A DNA stretch of 64,000 nucleotides from Octopus vulgaris (GCA_951406725.2 OX597832.1:68448001-68512000), one strand, 5' to 3'. Positions 40,111 through 52,362 are shown, counted from the stretch's first letter. The notes: generated by a model from the sequence alone, not told the origin. Translations and numbers: made by a program.

Positions 40111-40317
40111 TGTCCCTGCGAGACCTCTGACAACAGGTTGCTATCCCCTCTCAGAGAATCAACCAAAGCAAGACTGAGATCTCTGAGAAGTGAAAGAATA
40201 ATAATAGTTTAATAGTTTGGCACAAGGCCAGCAATTACATCAACCCCAGTGTCCAACTGGTATTTATGTTACTGACCCCTAAATGATGAAATGCAAAGTC
40301 ATCTTGCATATGAAGTT

Positions 40318-41480
40318 ATCCTGTCCATCTGCACTGAATTCTCAGCAGCAGGCAATACTGGAAATATCACATTTTCCTAAGATTTTGTCATTTGGTATCT
40401 GTTTTTGCCATTTTATGTTGCAGACTGTGCATGAACAGCACACCTGAAAGGTTCCAAGTCTCTGTATATGTCTGTAGAAGGGAGTCTCTACTTCAGTTCC
40501 AAACAAAAGTGTGCTCAAAATACAAGAATTGTACACACTTATTTTAGTTTCCAAACTGGTTCAATGCTCATCATATAAACAACGAGAAAGTTTTCCAAAA
40601 GCATTTGCAGCTTCAGATATTCTAACATTGATTCCACCATCAAAAGTTCTTTTTGTGGCTCAGGTCATTCATACATTTTGCCAGTTCAGTAAACTTTAAC
40701 CTGAACTTCCAAGATATATAAATGTCCTGAGCCATTTGAATCTTGTGTATGTTCTGTACGAAGCTTTGGTTCAAATAAAACTTCAGTTTTTTGTTGCTGA
40801 TAGTTGAAATGCATGAGCTGCCACAGCAAACCTGTTGACCGTTTCCTGAATTACCTCGAATGTATGAAAGATCAAAGTACAATCATTAGCAACAGAATCA
40901 CACCTGATCTCTTCCTTGGTCTTTTTCTTTGATCTCATGCTTTGCCCATTTAGGTTTAGTAGAGTTTTGTCAGTGTGGAACTTAAATTTTACACCTTCAT
41001 GGAAATTCCTAAAAGCATGTTGGAGTAGCATCACAAAGAATATAGCAAAAAATACAGTAGCTAAAACACAGCCATGTTTAGTGCTAGTGGCAACAGAAAA
41101 TGTCTCTTTACGTTCATCATCATTATCATTTTCAGTTAGATATCATTGTTGTCATCATTCCATCATGCGAAGAAACTATTACATTTCATCAGGAGGACCA
41201 ACTTTTGACAAAACTTTTCAGAGCACCCCACAGTTCACTGTATCAAAGGCCTTGGTTAAATCAACAGAGAACACGTACAATCCAGTGTTTTGCTCTGCTC
41301 ACATGGCTTTTCTGACACTAACCTAAGGGCCAAAAAAATCGACTGAGTCTTTTCCAGCCCAAAATCCACATTGGGAATCAGAACATGTGTTGCTTACTGT
41401 ATGCTTATCAAAGGGATTAAGAACCATCCCTGCAAGAATATTTTTGGCTATGCACAACAAACTTATTCCCTTGTGATTAT
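40318..41480 (-). mobile_element. Old BovB-like RTE LINE RT fragment
   Basis: GISLLCIAKNIL, SQCGFWAGKDS, VDLTKAFDTVN, KHGCVLA, ANDCTL, KISVYNSCILSTLLFGTE; many frameshifts. Confidence 0.8.
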
Positions 41481-42558
41481 CACATAAACACTTCTCTTTG
41501 TTTTTGTAAATGATGATGATGATGATGATGATAAATAATTAGATTCATATGAATATTGCATGTTTGAATGGTGGTCAAGCAATCGTTGGTGCCTGTCTCT
41601 CTCTCTCTCTTTGTCACTCTCTCTCTCTCTCTGCCTCTCTCTCTCACTCTGCCTCTCTCTCTCTTTCTCTCTCTCTCACTCTCTCCAGGATAATCAAGTT
41701 CAGTCAGTTCAAGAATTTGAATAAAAAGATAATTATAATGTCGTGCATTGGTTGACAGTGAGAAGTGATGGACAAAAGAAGCAACACTGCGAACACACAA
41801 TTGATTCCAATCCAAAGTATACCAAAATATAATGAGTGGGTATAAAAAACAACGAAAACAACAAGAACAACAACAGACCATAACAAGTTTAATGAAGATG
41901 GTGATTATCTCAAATAAGCCACCACCTGCAGGGAAAGAGATCAACAAGTATATATGCATATCCTAAATGACATATACCTTTTCCTTTGTAAGAGACTAAT
42001 GATTGCTGGTGGGCTTTTGTTTTCTTTCTCTTTATGTGTCTGTCAAAAATTTATTTTTCTTTTTTTTTTTTCATTTATTAAGAATTGTTTATGGATGTCA
42101 TTCAGTGCATCTGTATACACTTGATTTCTCTCCAATCTGACCCTGCAGAGCTATTGACATTATTTCCCTTAGCTGAAATGTGTTTACAAAATTAAACTAC
42201 ACACAAACACACATGCAAACACACACACATATATATGTACATATATGTGTGTATATGTATGTTTTGTGTCTATATTTGTCCCCTACCCATGCTGAATGAC
42301 AACGGGCGCTGGTGTGCTTACATCTCCATGACTTAGCAGTTTGGCAAAAATGACTGACAGAATAAGTATCAGGCTTCAAAAACAACAGGGACTAGGGTAT
42401 TCCAGGTGGTGCCCCAGCATGGCCACAGTCTAATGTCCATTTTCCTTCCTTATATGCACACATATATACATACATGCATTTACATTTATATATATATGCG
42501 TGTGTGTGTGTGTGTGTATATATGTATATATTTATGTATGTCGATGATGATGATGATG

Positions 42559-42609
<51 letters not shown>

Positions 42610-42614
42610 ATATA

Positions 42615-43456
42615 TTGGTCCATCCTATAAATAATGTGGTTTTTCAATTGCGTGAACTAAAGGTCAGAGGAGGATGGGGTAAACTACTTGCATCAATTTG
42701 CTATAAAAGCTGGTAGTAATTTTACCTTGTCCTTATGCAAGTTTTGAAGTGTCCAGTTCGATTTTAACAGTTATTTTTTCAAAGCTATAATGGAAGTGAC
42801 AAAGGAACATATTTGGTATATTTTGCTTTATGAGTTCAATAAAGGCAACAGCACAGTGGAATGTGTGAGGAATATCAATGTTATATGAGGATTAGAGAAT
42901 AAGCATAAGCCAGTATCAATGGTGGTTCCAGAAATTCTGAGCTGGAAACTACAGCCTAGAAGGTGAGATTCAACATGGAAGATCTATAGAGCTCGACAAG
43001 GACATCCTGCAAACCCTGGTAACACAAAATCCCATCGTGTCTGTTGAGGAACTAGCAGAGAAGCTTAGATTTGGTCATTCAACCTCTCATTCAAGTCAGC
43101 ACTAGAAGAAAACAACCGTCTTTCAACCAGGGTAATTCTCAGCCACATACAGTGAGGATGACATTCCAAAGGCTGGAACAGTTTGAATAGGAAATGATGC
43201 CCCACCTACCATATTCGCCAGACATTGCCCCATTTCATAATCATTTATTCTGCAGTCTTCAAAATCATTTAGATGGAAAATATATGAGAACAGTAATGGA
43301 GGAGTATTTTTCATCAGAGACAAGTGAATTTTGGAAGTCTACTGGATAGATGGAAGAACATTGTAGAAAACGAAGGAGAGTATATTTTGGGTTAATAAAC
43401 AACTTTGTTTCTCTTAATTTTGAAAAATAAAATCACATTATTTATGAAGTGACCCA

Positions 43457-43457
<1 letters not shown>
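42615..43457 (+). mobile_element. Mariner (DD34D-type) transposon, internally deleted
   Basis: TA|ttggtccatcctataaataatgtggtttt / aaaatcacattatttatgaagtgacccaa|TA TIRs; MEVTKEHIWYILLYEFNKG..WWFQKF; HLPYSPDIAP..HLFCSLQNHL. Confidence 0.85.
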
Positions 43458-43489
<32 letters not shown>

Positions 43490-43510
43490 AATACATAAAT
43501 ATATAGATAA

Positions 43511-43545
<35 letters not shown>

Positions 43546-43548
<3 letters not shown>

Positions 43549-43948
43549 ATGGTATTATTAAAATACCATCACAAGTGGTAAGCGAATTATCAGCCGTACA
43601 GGCAAATTAATAAAATATATACATACAATATTAGATATGTACATATATACAGAAGGGTACTACATGAGAATGTTAGTAGTAATTTAGCTGGCAGACTTTG
43701 GCTGATGAAAAATCATGCGCCTATTTGGCACTAAATCTCGAAACTGGTACCAGGTTGACCAGCATTTACTTGTTCTGACCCATTTGAGGTAAGACATTAT
43801 TATTGTTCACTGATATTTTTTCCTGTCTTGTCAGTAATAGATTTGTGACTATTCGGTGGTACAGAAGTATTTTTTGACTTCTATCATTAGCGATATAGGT
43901 ATTCATGTAGTACCCTTGTGTATATATGTACATATCTAAAATTGTATG
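43546..43948 (+). mobile_element. Penelope-like terminal repeat remnant with inverted arm and degenerate HHR (43687-43763)
   Basis: 43622-43668 inverted to 43902-43948; CTGATGA 43702-43708, GAAAC-tggtacca-G palindrome; preceded by (TA)n. Confidence 0.65.
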
Positions 43949-45912
43949 ATTGATTGATTGATTGATTGATTCTAGTTTCAGCTCATGAGCTGTGGCCATG
44001 CTGGGGCACCGCCATTTGGTGTTGCTACATGGTTTTACTTCACGAAAGCTTTTTAGCAACTGCCATTTGGTGCATGAGAAAGTTAAATGCAGCTGCCCTC
44101 ATCTGCACCTCCTGCCGTGAAGTTGGTTCATCTGGGATACCTGACAGGAAGAGATCCAGTTTCATTTTAAAGACATCTGCATCTACCCCATTGCAGGTCT
44201 CTTAGGTTCTTCGGGAGGATATTGAAGAGCTGTGGGCCTCGGAAGCCCAGGCTATCACAGTATCTTGTCCTACATGTTGATGGTAAATTTGGAGTCCTAG
44301 GCACCACACAGTGGCGCCCAGTTCTGGCATTTGTGTAACTCTCGATGCCAAAGTTTGGGACAAGTCCCTCCAGGATCTTCCAGATGTATATTATGACATA
44401 TCTTTCCCGCCTACGCTCCAAGGAATATAGTTTTAATCTCTTGAGTCTTTCCCAGTAGCTTATATTCTGCATAGAGGCTATCTTCTTCATGTAGCTACGT
44501 TGGATCGCCTCAAGTTCTGTGATCAACTTGACACTGGATGGTGACCATAACTGAGAGCAATAGTCAAAGTGGCTTAGGACAAGTGTCCTCCAGAGGACCA
44601 TCATGGTTTCTTGTTCTCTTGTTCTAAAGGTTCTGAGAATCCATCCGGCCAGTCGTCTACATTTCATTGCCAATTTAGCAACATGTACACGGAAGGTTGC
44701 GTCATCACTCATGTAAATACCCAGGTCACGCACTGATTGTGCCTCTGGGATTGCAATTCCTCCGGGTCCAGTGTATTCATTGGGTATTGCAGTTAGTTTT
44801 GCATGCTGATAGTATAAAGCTTGAAACTTTTCAGCATTGAACTGCATGCTATTCTTTTCAGCCCACTTGTATATTTTGTCCAGCTCACATTGCAGGCGTT
44901 TAGTGTCCTCAGGGTTCTGTATTGCCTGTGAAACTTTTGTATCATCTGCATAACTTGTGATCGTGGCTCTCTGCGTGGCTGAGGGCATGTCTGAGAAGGC
45001 CATTATGAACAGTAGTGATCCCAAAACAGTGCCCTGCGGAACACCGCTCACTATATGCGTGTTAATGGAAGTGGCCCCATTGGCTACTACCACCTGACTT
45101 CTATCTTTCAGAAAGTCCTGAAGCCATTCTCCCAGTTTTCCAACTATGTTGAGATCATGCAGTTTGTGACATATCATTCCATGATCGACTTTATCAAAGG
45201 CCTTTGCAAAGTCGAGATTTGAGTGGTTGAGCAGTCGTTTCAGCACCCAGTCATAGTGTTGTAGGAGCTGAGTTAAGCAGCTTCTCCCTGGTCGGAAACC
45301 ATGTTGGATGTCGGGCAGCAAGTCATTTTCTTCAAGGAAGGTGATCAGTTTCCTTCTGACTATTCGTTCCATGACCTTGCTGATGTGTGAGGTCAGAGAG
45401 ATAGGTTTGTAGTTCTTGGCCTCTGCTCTGCTACCTCCTTTGTGAATAGGGCATATTTTACCTTCCTTCAGTTTTCTTGGAAGTTTGCCAGCTGCAAGGA
45501 AGCTCTGAAAGAGGAACTGCAGTGGTCTTGCTAGGACTCTCTTACATACTTTTAGGAGGATTGCCGGGAATCCATCGGGGCCAGTAGCTGAGTCTGTCTT
45601 CATTTCATCTATAGCCTTTATTACATCGTCTTCCTTTATATCGATGTAATTTATTGTCGCCGCCTCTGATTTTATATCTGCAGTGGTAAAGAAGTCAGTT
45701 CGATTGCTGACTTGAAAATGCCCTAGGGGTGGAGTGAAAATACTTTTGAATTGCTCATTTAGCATTTCACTTATCCTCTTTGGATTTCCTGTGAGTGTGC
45801 CATCGTTTTCAAGGAGTGGCCCTATCCTACAGTGCACCGTAGCTGTTTCTTTGGCATACCTGTAGAAAGCTCTGGGGTTAGATTTTATGTTGTCTATAGC
45901 CCAGGCTTCTTT
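43949..45912 (-). mobile_element. 5'-truncated young CR1-group LINE with (ATCA)n tail
   Basis: Long RT ORF, 3' stem-loop cagctc-at-gagctg, (atca)n tail, putative TSD ttgtatg at 43942-43948 and 45925-45931. Confidence 0.9.
44167..45837 (-). CDS. Non-LTR retrotransposon reverse transcriptase (CR1 group ORF2, partial; frameshift near C-terminus)
   Basis: TGPDGFPA, NYKPISLTSHISKVMERIV, QHGFRPGRSCLTQLL, LDFAKAFDKVDH, SGVPQGTVLG, SYADDTK, RDLGIYMS, DYCSQLWSP. Confidence 0.93.
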   Translation of the reverse strand: MHCRIGPLLENDGTLTGNPKRISEMLNEQFKSIFTPPLGHFQVSNRTDFFTTADIKSEAATINYIDIKEDDVIKAIDEMKTDSATGPDGFPAILLKVCKRVLARPLQFLFQSFLAAGKLPRKLKEGKICPIHKGGSRAEAKNYKPISLTSHISKVMERIVRRKLITFLEENDLLPDIQHGFRPGRSCLTQLLQHYDWVLKRLLNHSNLDFAKAFDKVDHGMICHKLHDLNIVGKLGEWLQDFLKDRSQVVVANGATSINTHIVSGVPQGTVLGSLLFIMAFSDMPSATQRATITSYADDTKVSQAIQNPEDTKRLQCELDKIYKWAEKNSMQFNAEKFQALYYQHAKLTAIPNEYTGPGGIAIPEAQSVRDLGIYMSDDATFRVHVAKLAMKCRRLAGWILRTFRTREQETMMVLWRTLVLSHFDYCSQLWSPSSVKLITELEAIQRSYMKKIASMQNISYWERLKRLKLYSLERRRERYVIIYIWKILEGLVPNFGIESYTNARTGRHCVVPRTPNLPSTCRTRYCDSLGFRGPQLFNILPKNLRDLQWGRCRCL

Positions 45913-46668
45913 GTATATATATATTTGTATGTATATATTTTATATATATATGTATGTATGTATAAAAATACACACATAGGCACAGACATGTACTTGCCCC
46001 TGTGTATGTGTGTGAGAGAGAGAGAGGGAAAGAAAAAGTGAGAGAAAGGAAAAGAGAGAGAGAGAGAGGGGGAGAGAGAGAAGAAGAAAGAGTGTGTGGT
46101 GGGGTAAAATGGGGAGAAAGAGAAGAAGATGGAGAGGGAGGAAGACAAAGGGAGAGAGAGGGGCAAAGGAGAGACAAAGAAGAAAAAGAAAGAAGAGAAG
46201 GATGATCAATGTAGGAACATTCTGAAAATGGTAAAACTAGTAAAATCTTAGGAAGTCATCCATAGATTGAGAAGAAAAGGTGTGGTGAAAAGGTGCAATG
46301 AAGTGATGGAATCATTTAGAACAGAAAACGTATCAAAGGACATGGATTGATTTGTAAAGAGTGCAAACATCAAGATGACAAGGAACTTCGTTTGACATTG
46401 AAATAATATATTAAGGGACATTAGATCCCCATGTCACTTGATTTGGGGATAAAAGGAAGTAAGATCTGACAACATATGTTCGTTTTGAGCGAGGGATCTT
46501 TGTGGTGTCATTGAGTGCCAAGTGGAAAGTACTGGAATCTGGGTACTTGAATCAAAAAAGCAACAGAAACAAAGCAACCACACACACACACACAAACGTA
46601 TGCATATTGCAAACATTCTATTATATTAAAGTATTTCCTATACATACATACAAACATACATACATATC

Positions 46669-46700
<32 letters not shown>

Positions 46701-47305
46701 TATATATTCACATACACAAACACACACACTCACATACCAATACTATTAAGCATCAATACAAACAGAATGCTTGATTGATATCTGTTCAATAACAATACAA
46801 AACACTGTGAAGAATTTGACATTTCCATGGCAGAATGGAAGAATTTTAAGCTAATAAAAGGACATGGAATCAGAGAAGACCACTAGGTCATTCTGCCACA
46901 CAATTGTATTGTGCCTTAGTAATCCTTCCCCAAAACTGACATCAAAGAATAATTGAAATTTGAAGAATTCTAGAAATTGAGGACAAACCATAAAGATTAA
47001 AATAGCATGAATATTGAAATATGAACACACACACACACATATACAAAAGCATATAAACAAACATCTTCAGATCCATGCATCTATACATGCACACTCCTGC
47101 AAATATAAACCATACATACACACACACACACACAAAAAGACATGCATACAAGGATGTAGGCAGGTTTACACATAAGCTAATCTCATTCGCAGTGTGATTT
47201 CAGATTGAAATATTCCCATCCTGTTGATATAACAGTTTAATACCACCATTCAATAAATATTTGCAATATACAATCAAAATTGGAAATGACTACAGTCAAT
47301 GTTAT

Positions 47306-47352
<47 letters not shown>

Positions 47353-47801
47353 TGGTGGTGGTGGTGGTGGCGGTAGTGGTGGTGGTAGTAGTAGTAGTAT
47401 TAGTAGTAGTAGTAGTAGTAGTAGTAGAAGATATTGTTATTGTTTTGTTTCGGTGTTGTTTTAAGAAGATATTACCTTGTCCAAGAACACTATGCTTGGT
47501 AGAGTGATAAGTGAAAACAATCTGAACACACATAGCAAAATTATATACATACAAACAAATATACACACACACACACACACATGTGCGCACGTGTGTAAAA
47601 TATGCATGTATGTTTGTACACATGAATAAATGGCTACTTGATATACAAGTTGTTGAAACATGCTGTTTGCTTGTTTATCAAAACCCATCAGCAAAGATGA
47701 AATTATGGACAACAGAAAAGAGGTGTTCAATACATCTCAGGAATATTTTGAAAGTAAATAAATTTTTCAGTTTTTCCAATCAAAATACATGTGTATGTAC
47801 A

Positions 47802-47875
<74 letters not shown>

Positions 47876-47876
47876 C

Positions 47877-47907
<31 letters not shown>

Positions 47908-47927
47908 CATACATACATATATATTTG

Positions 47928-48406
47928 CTTGCGAAGACCTGTTGGGCAAGTGAAATCGAAATCGAAATTGAACCAATGCTATGACTGGCACCCGGCAGAT
48001 GCCAGGAACCCTGGACTGGTGGTACGTAAAAAGCACTATCTGAATTGTGGCCGATGCCAGCGCCGCCTCGACTGGCTTCTGTGCCGGTGGCATGTAAAAA
48101 GCACCATCCGAATCGTGGCCGAAGCCAGTGCCGCCTCGACTGGCTTCTGTGCTGATGGCACGTAAAATGCACCAATCCGACCATGGCCAATGCCAGCCTC
48201 ACCTGGCACCTGTGCAGGTGGCACGTAAAAAGCACCTACTACACTCACGGAGTGGTTGGCGTTAGGAAGGGCATCCAGCTGTAGAAACGTTGCCAGATAA
48301 GACTGGAGCCTGATGCAACCTACTGGCTTCCTAGATCCCCGGTCGAACCGTCCAACCCATGCTAGCATGGAGAACGGACGTTAAACGATGATGATGATGA
48401 TGATGA

Positions 48407-48410
<4 letters not shown>
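47928..48410 (+). mobile_element. Young RTE-tail non-autonomous element with 68/68/63-bp tandem units
   Basis: Units start 48021, 48089, 48157, 48220; then ggttggcgttaggaagggcatcc...ggacgttaaacgatgatg; CpG-rich. Confidence 0.8.
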
Positions 48411-48449
<39 letters not shown>

Positions 48450-48605
48450 ACTATAATTAGGATTCAACTAACTAATTATAATTATGTGGATAATTTTACT
48501 TATAAAGGTTATTTTAACATACCAATCTACTTGGTAAAATAGTTAATGAATTGATTAATTAATTTAATTAATACATTTTACCCTTCAATTATTAATTTAT
48601 ATATT

Positions 48606-48645
<40 letters not shown>

Positions 48646-49002
48646 AAGAGAGAGAGATACATATATATATATATATATATACATGCATATGTCACTGTGT
48701 CAAGCCAGACTATCAGATGTTGTACACTGCTGATCACAATGCACTTTTACACTTTCTTACTTTGCCTGTTTTGGAAGAGCCAACGTGGTAAATGTTCCAG
48801 GTTGTAGCAAAAACACTTTCAGTAAATTCTAACTTGAATGATATAAAGATTATTTTATGCTCATCACAAGGGAATTCTGTGACCCAGACAAGCAAAGACA
48901 TACAAATGAAGCTGCAAAACACTGGTGAGGATACACTGTGAAGTTAATGATAAAACTAATGACAAATTTGCAGTTTATGAAATTGTTAATCACACACTAA
49001 CA

Positions 49003-49044
<42 letters not shown>

Positions 49045-49273
49045 ATTTATGCCTTGAGCAACTTCTATTAATTTATACAAAGTTATATTTTGTGTGCAGC
49101 CCCAAAATATATTTTTTATTACCATGTGCATGTGTGTGTATGTGTGTAGTCTGTAGATAATCTCAAGGTTTTTCTTCATTTCGTCTTCTCTGTATTTATT
49201 TTCCTTTTGTTGTTTGAAGACTTTCAAACAAAAGTAGATTTCATTACAGAGTCATTGACAGGTTTACAGGCAA

Positions 49274-49339
<66 letters not shown>

Positions 49340-49435
49340 ACAATGCAAACAACAACAACAACGACAACATATATGTTTATGTGTGATTTGGTGTATTTAT
49401 TTATTGATTATTTATGTGCCTCATATGGGTATATA

Positions 49436-49467
<32 letters not shown>

Positions 49468-50608
49468 AATATATATGTGTGTGTGTGTGTGTGTGTATGT
49501 GTGTGTACGCATGTGTGTGAGTGTGTGTGTATATATATGTATATATATATATATAATATATGTATACAGGTAAACATATACATACATAAAAATTGTTATA
49601 AATGAAAAGATAAATAAAACCAAATCATTACTGTCAAGACAATCATCATGAAGACGACCACCACCAAAATCATCAACATCACCACCACCACCACCATCAT
49701 GACTACAAACGAAACAATAAACACAACACAAACAACAAACATGCAATGACCCTCATGAAAAATATTTAAATAAATGCACAAATGCAAAAAGAAAATTGAA
49801 ATAAAAAGTTTAATAGATAAAACCCACAACCCCTTCCACTACCACCTGTATTGTTGCTGCTACCATACCATCATCACCATCATCACCACCAACAACAACA
49901 ACAACACAAACAGCAGCAACACCTCCCCCACCAATGGCTCCAGATGCACCAGCAATAAGCAAAAACAAAGACAATGCACCCAACAAACTACTAAAATTCA
50001 CAAAACAAAATAAACAGAAAAACACTCACACAAATAAACAAAAAAACCCTTGAGTTAAATCTAATCTTAAGAAAAAGACAAATAAATGTACCACATATAA
50101 AAAAATGAAATAAAAAGTGAAATAAAAATAAAATGAAATAAAAGTAACCCTCCCATCACCCACCACTTCCAGTCTTCCTCTCCAAATAAATTCCATCTGA
50201 CTATTTTTCCCCATCACTTTTTTATTTATTTAGTCCTTTTTTATTTGTCATTTACAGAAAATAATGGAATTTTTGGCGAAGTCATTTCTTGATTTTTATA
50301 TGCAACAGTCGAATATTTACGGACATACATATACATAGATAAGCAGAAAGAGAGAGAGAGAGAGAGAGATGAGATTCACATATAAATATATATATGTATG
50401 CATGTGTGACTGTGTTTCTAAATATAGGTACATATATATATATATATATATATCTTCCTATATATATATATATACACACACACACATAAATATACAGATA
50501 ACTACGTCTACATACCAATATATGAACATATATACACATCCACAAACACACATAATTGTGTGTATATGTATGTGTCATCATCATTTAGCATCCACTATAT
50601 ACATCTCT

Positions 50609-50685
<77 letters not shown>

Positions 50686-50842
50686 AACAATTCAATTCTA
50701 CAGTTCTATATTTAAGAGATGTGGAATTATGTACATTATTTACATTTGACGTTTCAGTCCTCTAGCCTTCATCAGCTGTCTTGGGGAAACTTCGAACCTG
50801 GGTTCTCATTCCTAAGGTATTTTTCAATGTTGTTATTATTAT

Positions 50843-50916
50843 TCAGGTCACTGCCTGGAATCGAACTCAGAATCTTGGGATTAGTAGCCCGCGCTCTTAA
50901 CCACTATGCCATGGGC
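50843..50916 (-). promoter_or_regulatory. tRNA-derived Pol III internal promoter inside Penelope terminal repeat
   Basis: Minus: tggcatagtgg (A box 50911-50901) ttaagagcgcggg-ctactaa-tcccaagattct gagttcgattcc (B box 50868-50857); anticodon stem only partly paired, so not a functional tRNA. Confidence 0.7.
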
Positions 50917-51053
50917 AGTTATGGAGCGAATTTTAGGGCTTATAAATCCAATATTCTCCTATCCTTCCTTAATACCTGTTCCCATATGCTGTTCATATCT
51001 GCACTCGGTCTGCTTAGGAGGTTGTTGTGTCCTAACATATGTGCTGCTTCTTT

Positions 51054-51527
51054 TCATATTCGTATTTTCCAGTGGTGTTCTTTGTCTATTATTTTAACTT
51101 CATCCCACAGGGGTAGGTGGTCTCCATTTTTCCATACATGATCAACTATACCTGATTTATCAATATCTCTCCATGTCACAGCTTTGCGATGTTCCTCTAC
51201 TCTTGTTTCGAGGGGGCGGCATGTTTCACCTTTGTATAACCTACCACAGCTGCATGGGATGGAGTACATGCAGTTCTTGGTTATATTCTCTTCTATTGGC
51301 GGTCTTACTCGAAGGAGATATATGCGAAGTGTTGTATTACTTTTGAATACTGTCCTGATGTCATATGGGTCACATATCTTTTGTGTCTTTTTGAGGAGAC
51401 CGTTCACATAGGAAGAAAAGAGAGGATAAAACCGATACACAGTCCACAGTCTGTCTACTCTAATTGGGGTGGAGAGTATGCTTTTGGAGTAGTTGTTGCT
51501 TGATAGATTGTTACTGAGCTTGATCAT
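51054..51527 (-). pseudogene. Penelope-type GIY-YIG endonuclease fragment
   Basis: MYSIPCSCGRLYKGET..R..EH motif, SGIVDH. Confidence 0.85.
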
Positions 51528-52071
51528 TTCTTCTTGGTGGGTATCACGATCGCTACTTATATTTATTGTTTGATGTTTTAGGCACTAAGCAATCTCTCTC
51601 TTTACATTGTATGGATGGTGGGAGTTCAAGTTGAGGTATTGTCCAGTGAAGGTCGGTTTGCAGCATACGGATGTCCTGAATCCATACTAGGTGCGTGTTA
51701 TTAATACGTCCAGGAATGCTAGCTGATTGTCATTTTTTTCTTTCTGTATGATAAAGTCTTTTATTATGATAAAATTATAACCAATTATGATATAACGAAT
51801 TATTTCCCAGGTATGCACAAGTGTATATGTTATAAATTATTGTACATTTTACAACCTTCTACAGATATGGGAGGGTAGCTCATCAGATCTATAAAGTATC
51901 ATAGTTACATTGATTCTTCAACTCCAATATACACATACAAAAAGCCAGTTTTTTGTGAGTATATTGCAGTGATACAAATCATTACAACATATTCTTTATT
52001 CTCTTCTCCTTCTTCTCTCTTTTCTCCCTATTATTTATATGCAGTTGTACTGTTTTTATATGTATATAACA

Positions 52072-52362
52072 GTTACGTTGGCAACCGTTCCAGCTGATCC
52101 AACCAATAGAACAGCCTGTTCATGAATGTGAGATGCAAGTGGCTGAGTACTCCACAGACACATGTTCTCTTAACGTTGTTCTCAAGGAGATCCAGTGTGA
52201 CACAGAAAGTGACAAGACAAGTACAACTCATTTTGACTAGCTGAGTGCACTGGAGTAATGGAAAATAAAGTATCTTGCCCAAGGACACACTGTGCCACTG
52301 GTAATGAAACTTACGACCTTACTATCCTAAGCCAAATACCCTGACCAGTGAGCCACATACTT
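52072..52362 (-). mobile_element. Third tRNA-derived SINE family
   Basis: Minus gtggctcactggtcagggt..ggtcgtaagtttcatt..gtgtccttgggcaagatactt..actcagctag. Confidence 0.6.

Larger units (their letters stand above)
50697..51755 (-). mobile_element. Penelope-like element 3' part: RT thumb, GIY-YIG endonuclease, terminal repeat with tRNA-like head and HHR remnant
   Basis: QLAFLDVLIT..TSVCCKPTFTGQYLNLNSHHPYNVK; KNCMYSIPCSCGRLYKGETCRPLETRVEEH; CTGATGA..GAAACGT at 50775-50749. Confidence 0.88.

Noticed and set aside
41480-41959. 159-aa ORF with strong acceptor (ctctttccctgcag at 41927)
   Set aside because: Peptide is low complexity and runs into (GA)n; other frames stop at once; could be a real terminal exon but cannot be supported.
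46510-46552. Hairpin containing a miR-96-family-like seed (cttggcact on minus)
   Set aside because: Stem too short and the remainder does not match the mature miRNA as I know it.
47995-48240. Repeat-spacer-like array resembling CRISPR
   Set aside because: Eukaryotic context, spacers are homologous to each other, no cas genes; internal tandem repeat of a retroelement.
50843-50916. Functional tRNA gene
   Set aside because: Acceptor and anticodon stems do not pair fully, and it is embedded in a multicopy element; treated as tRNA-derived.
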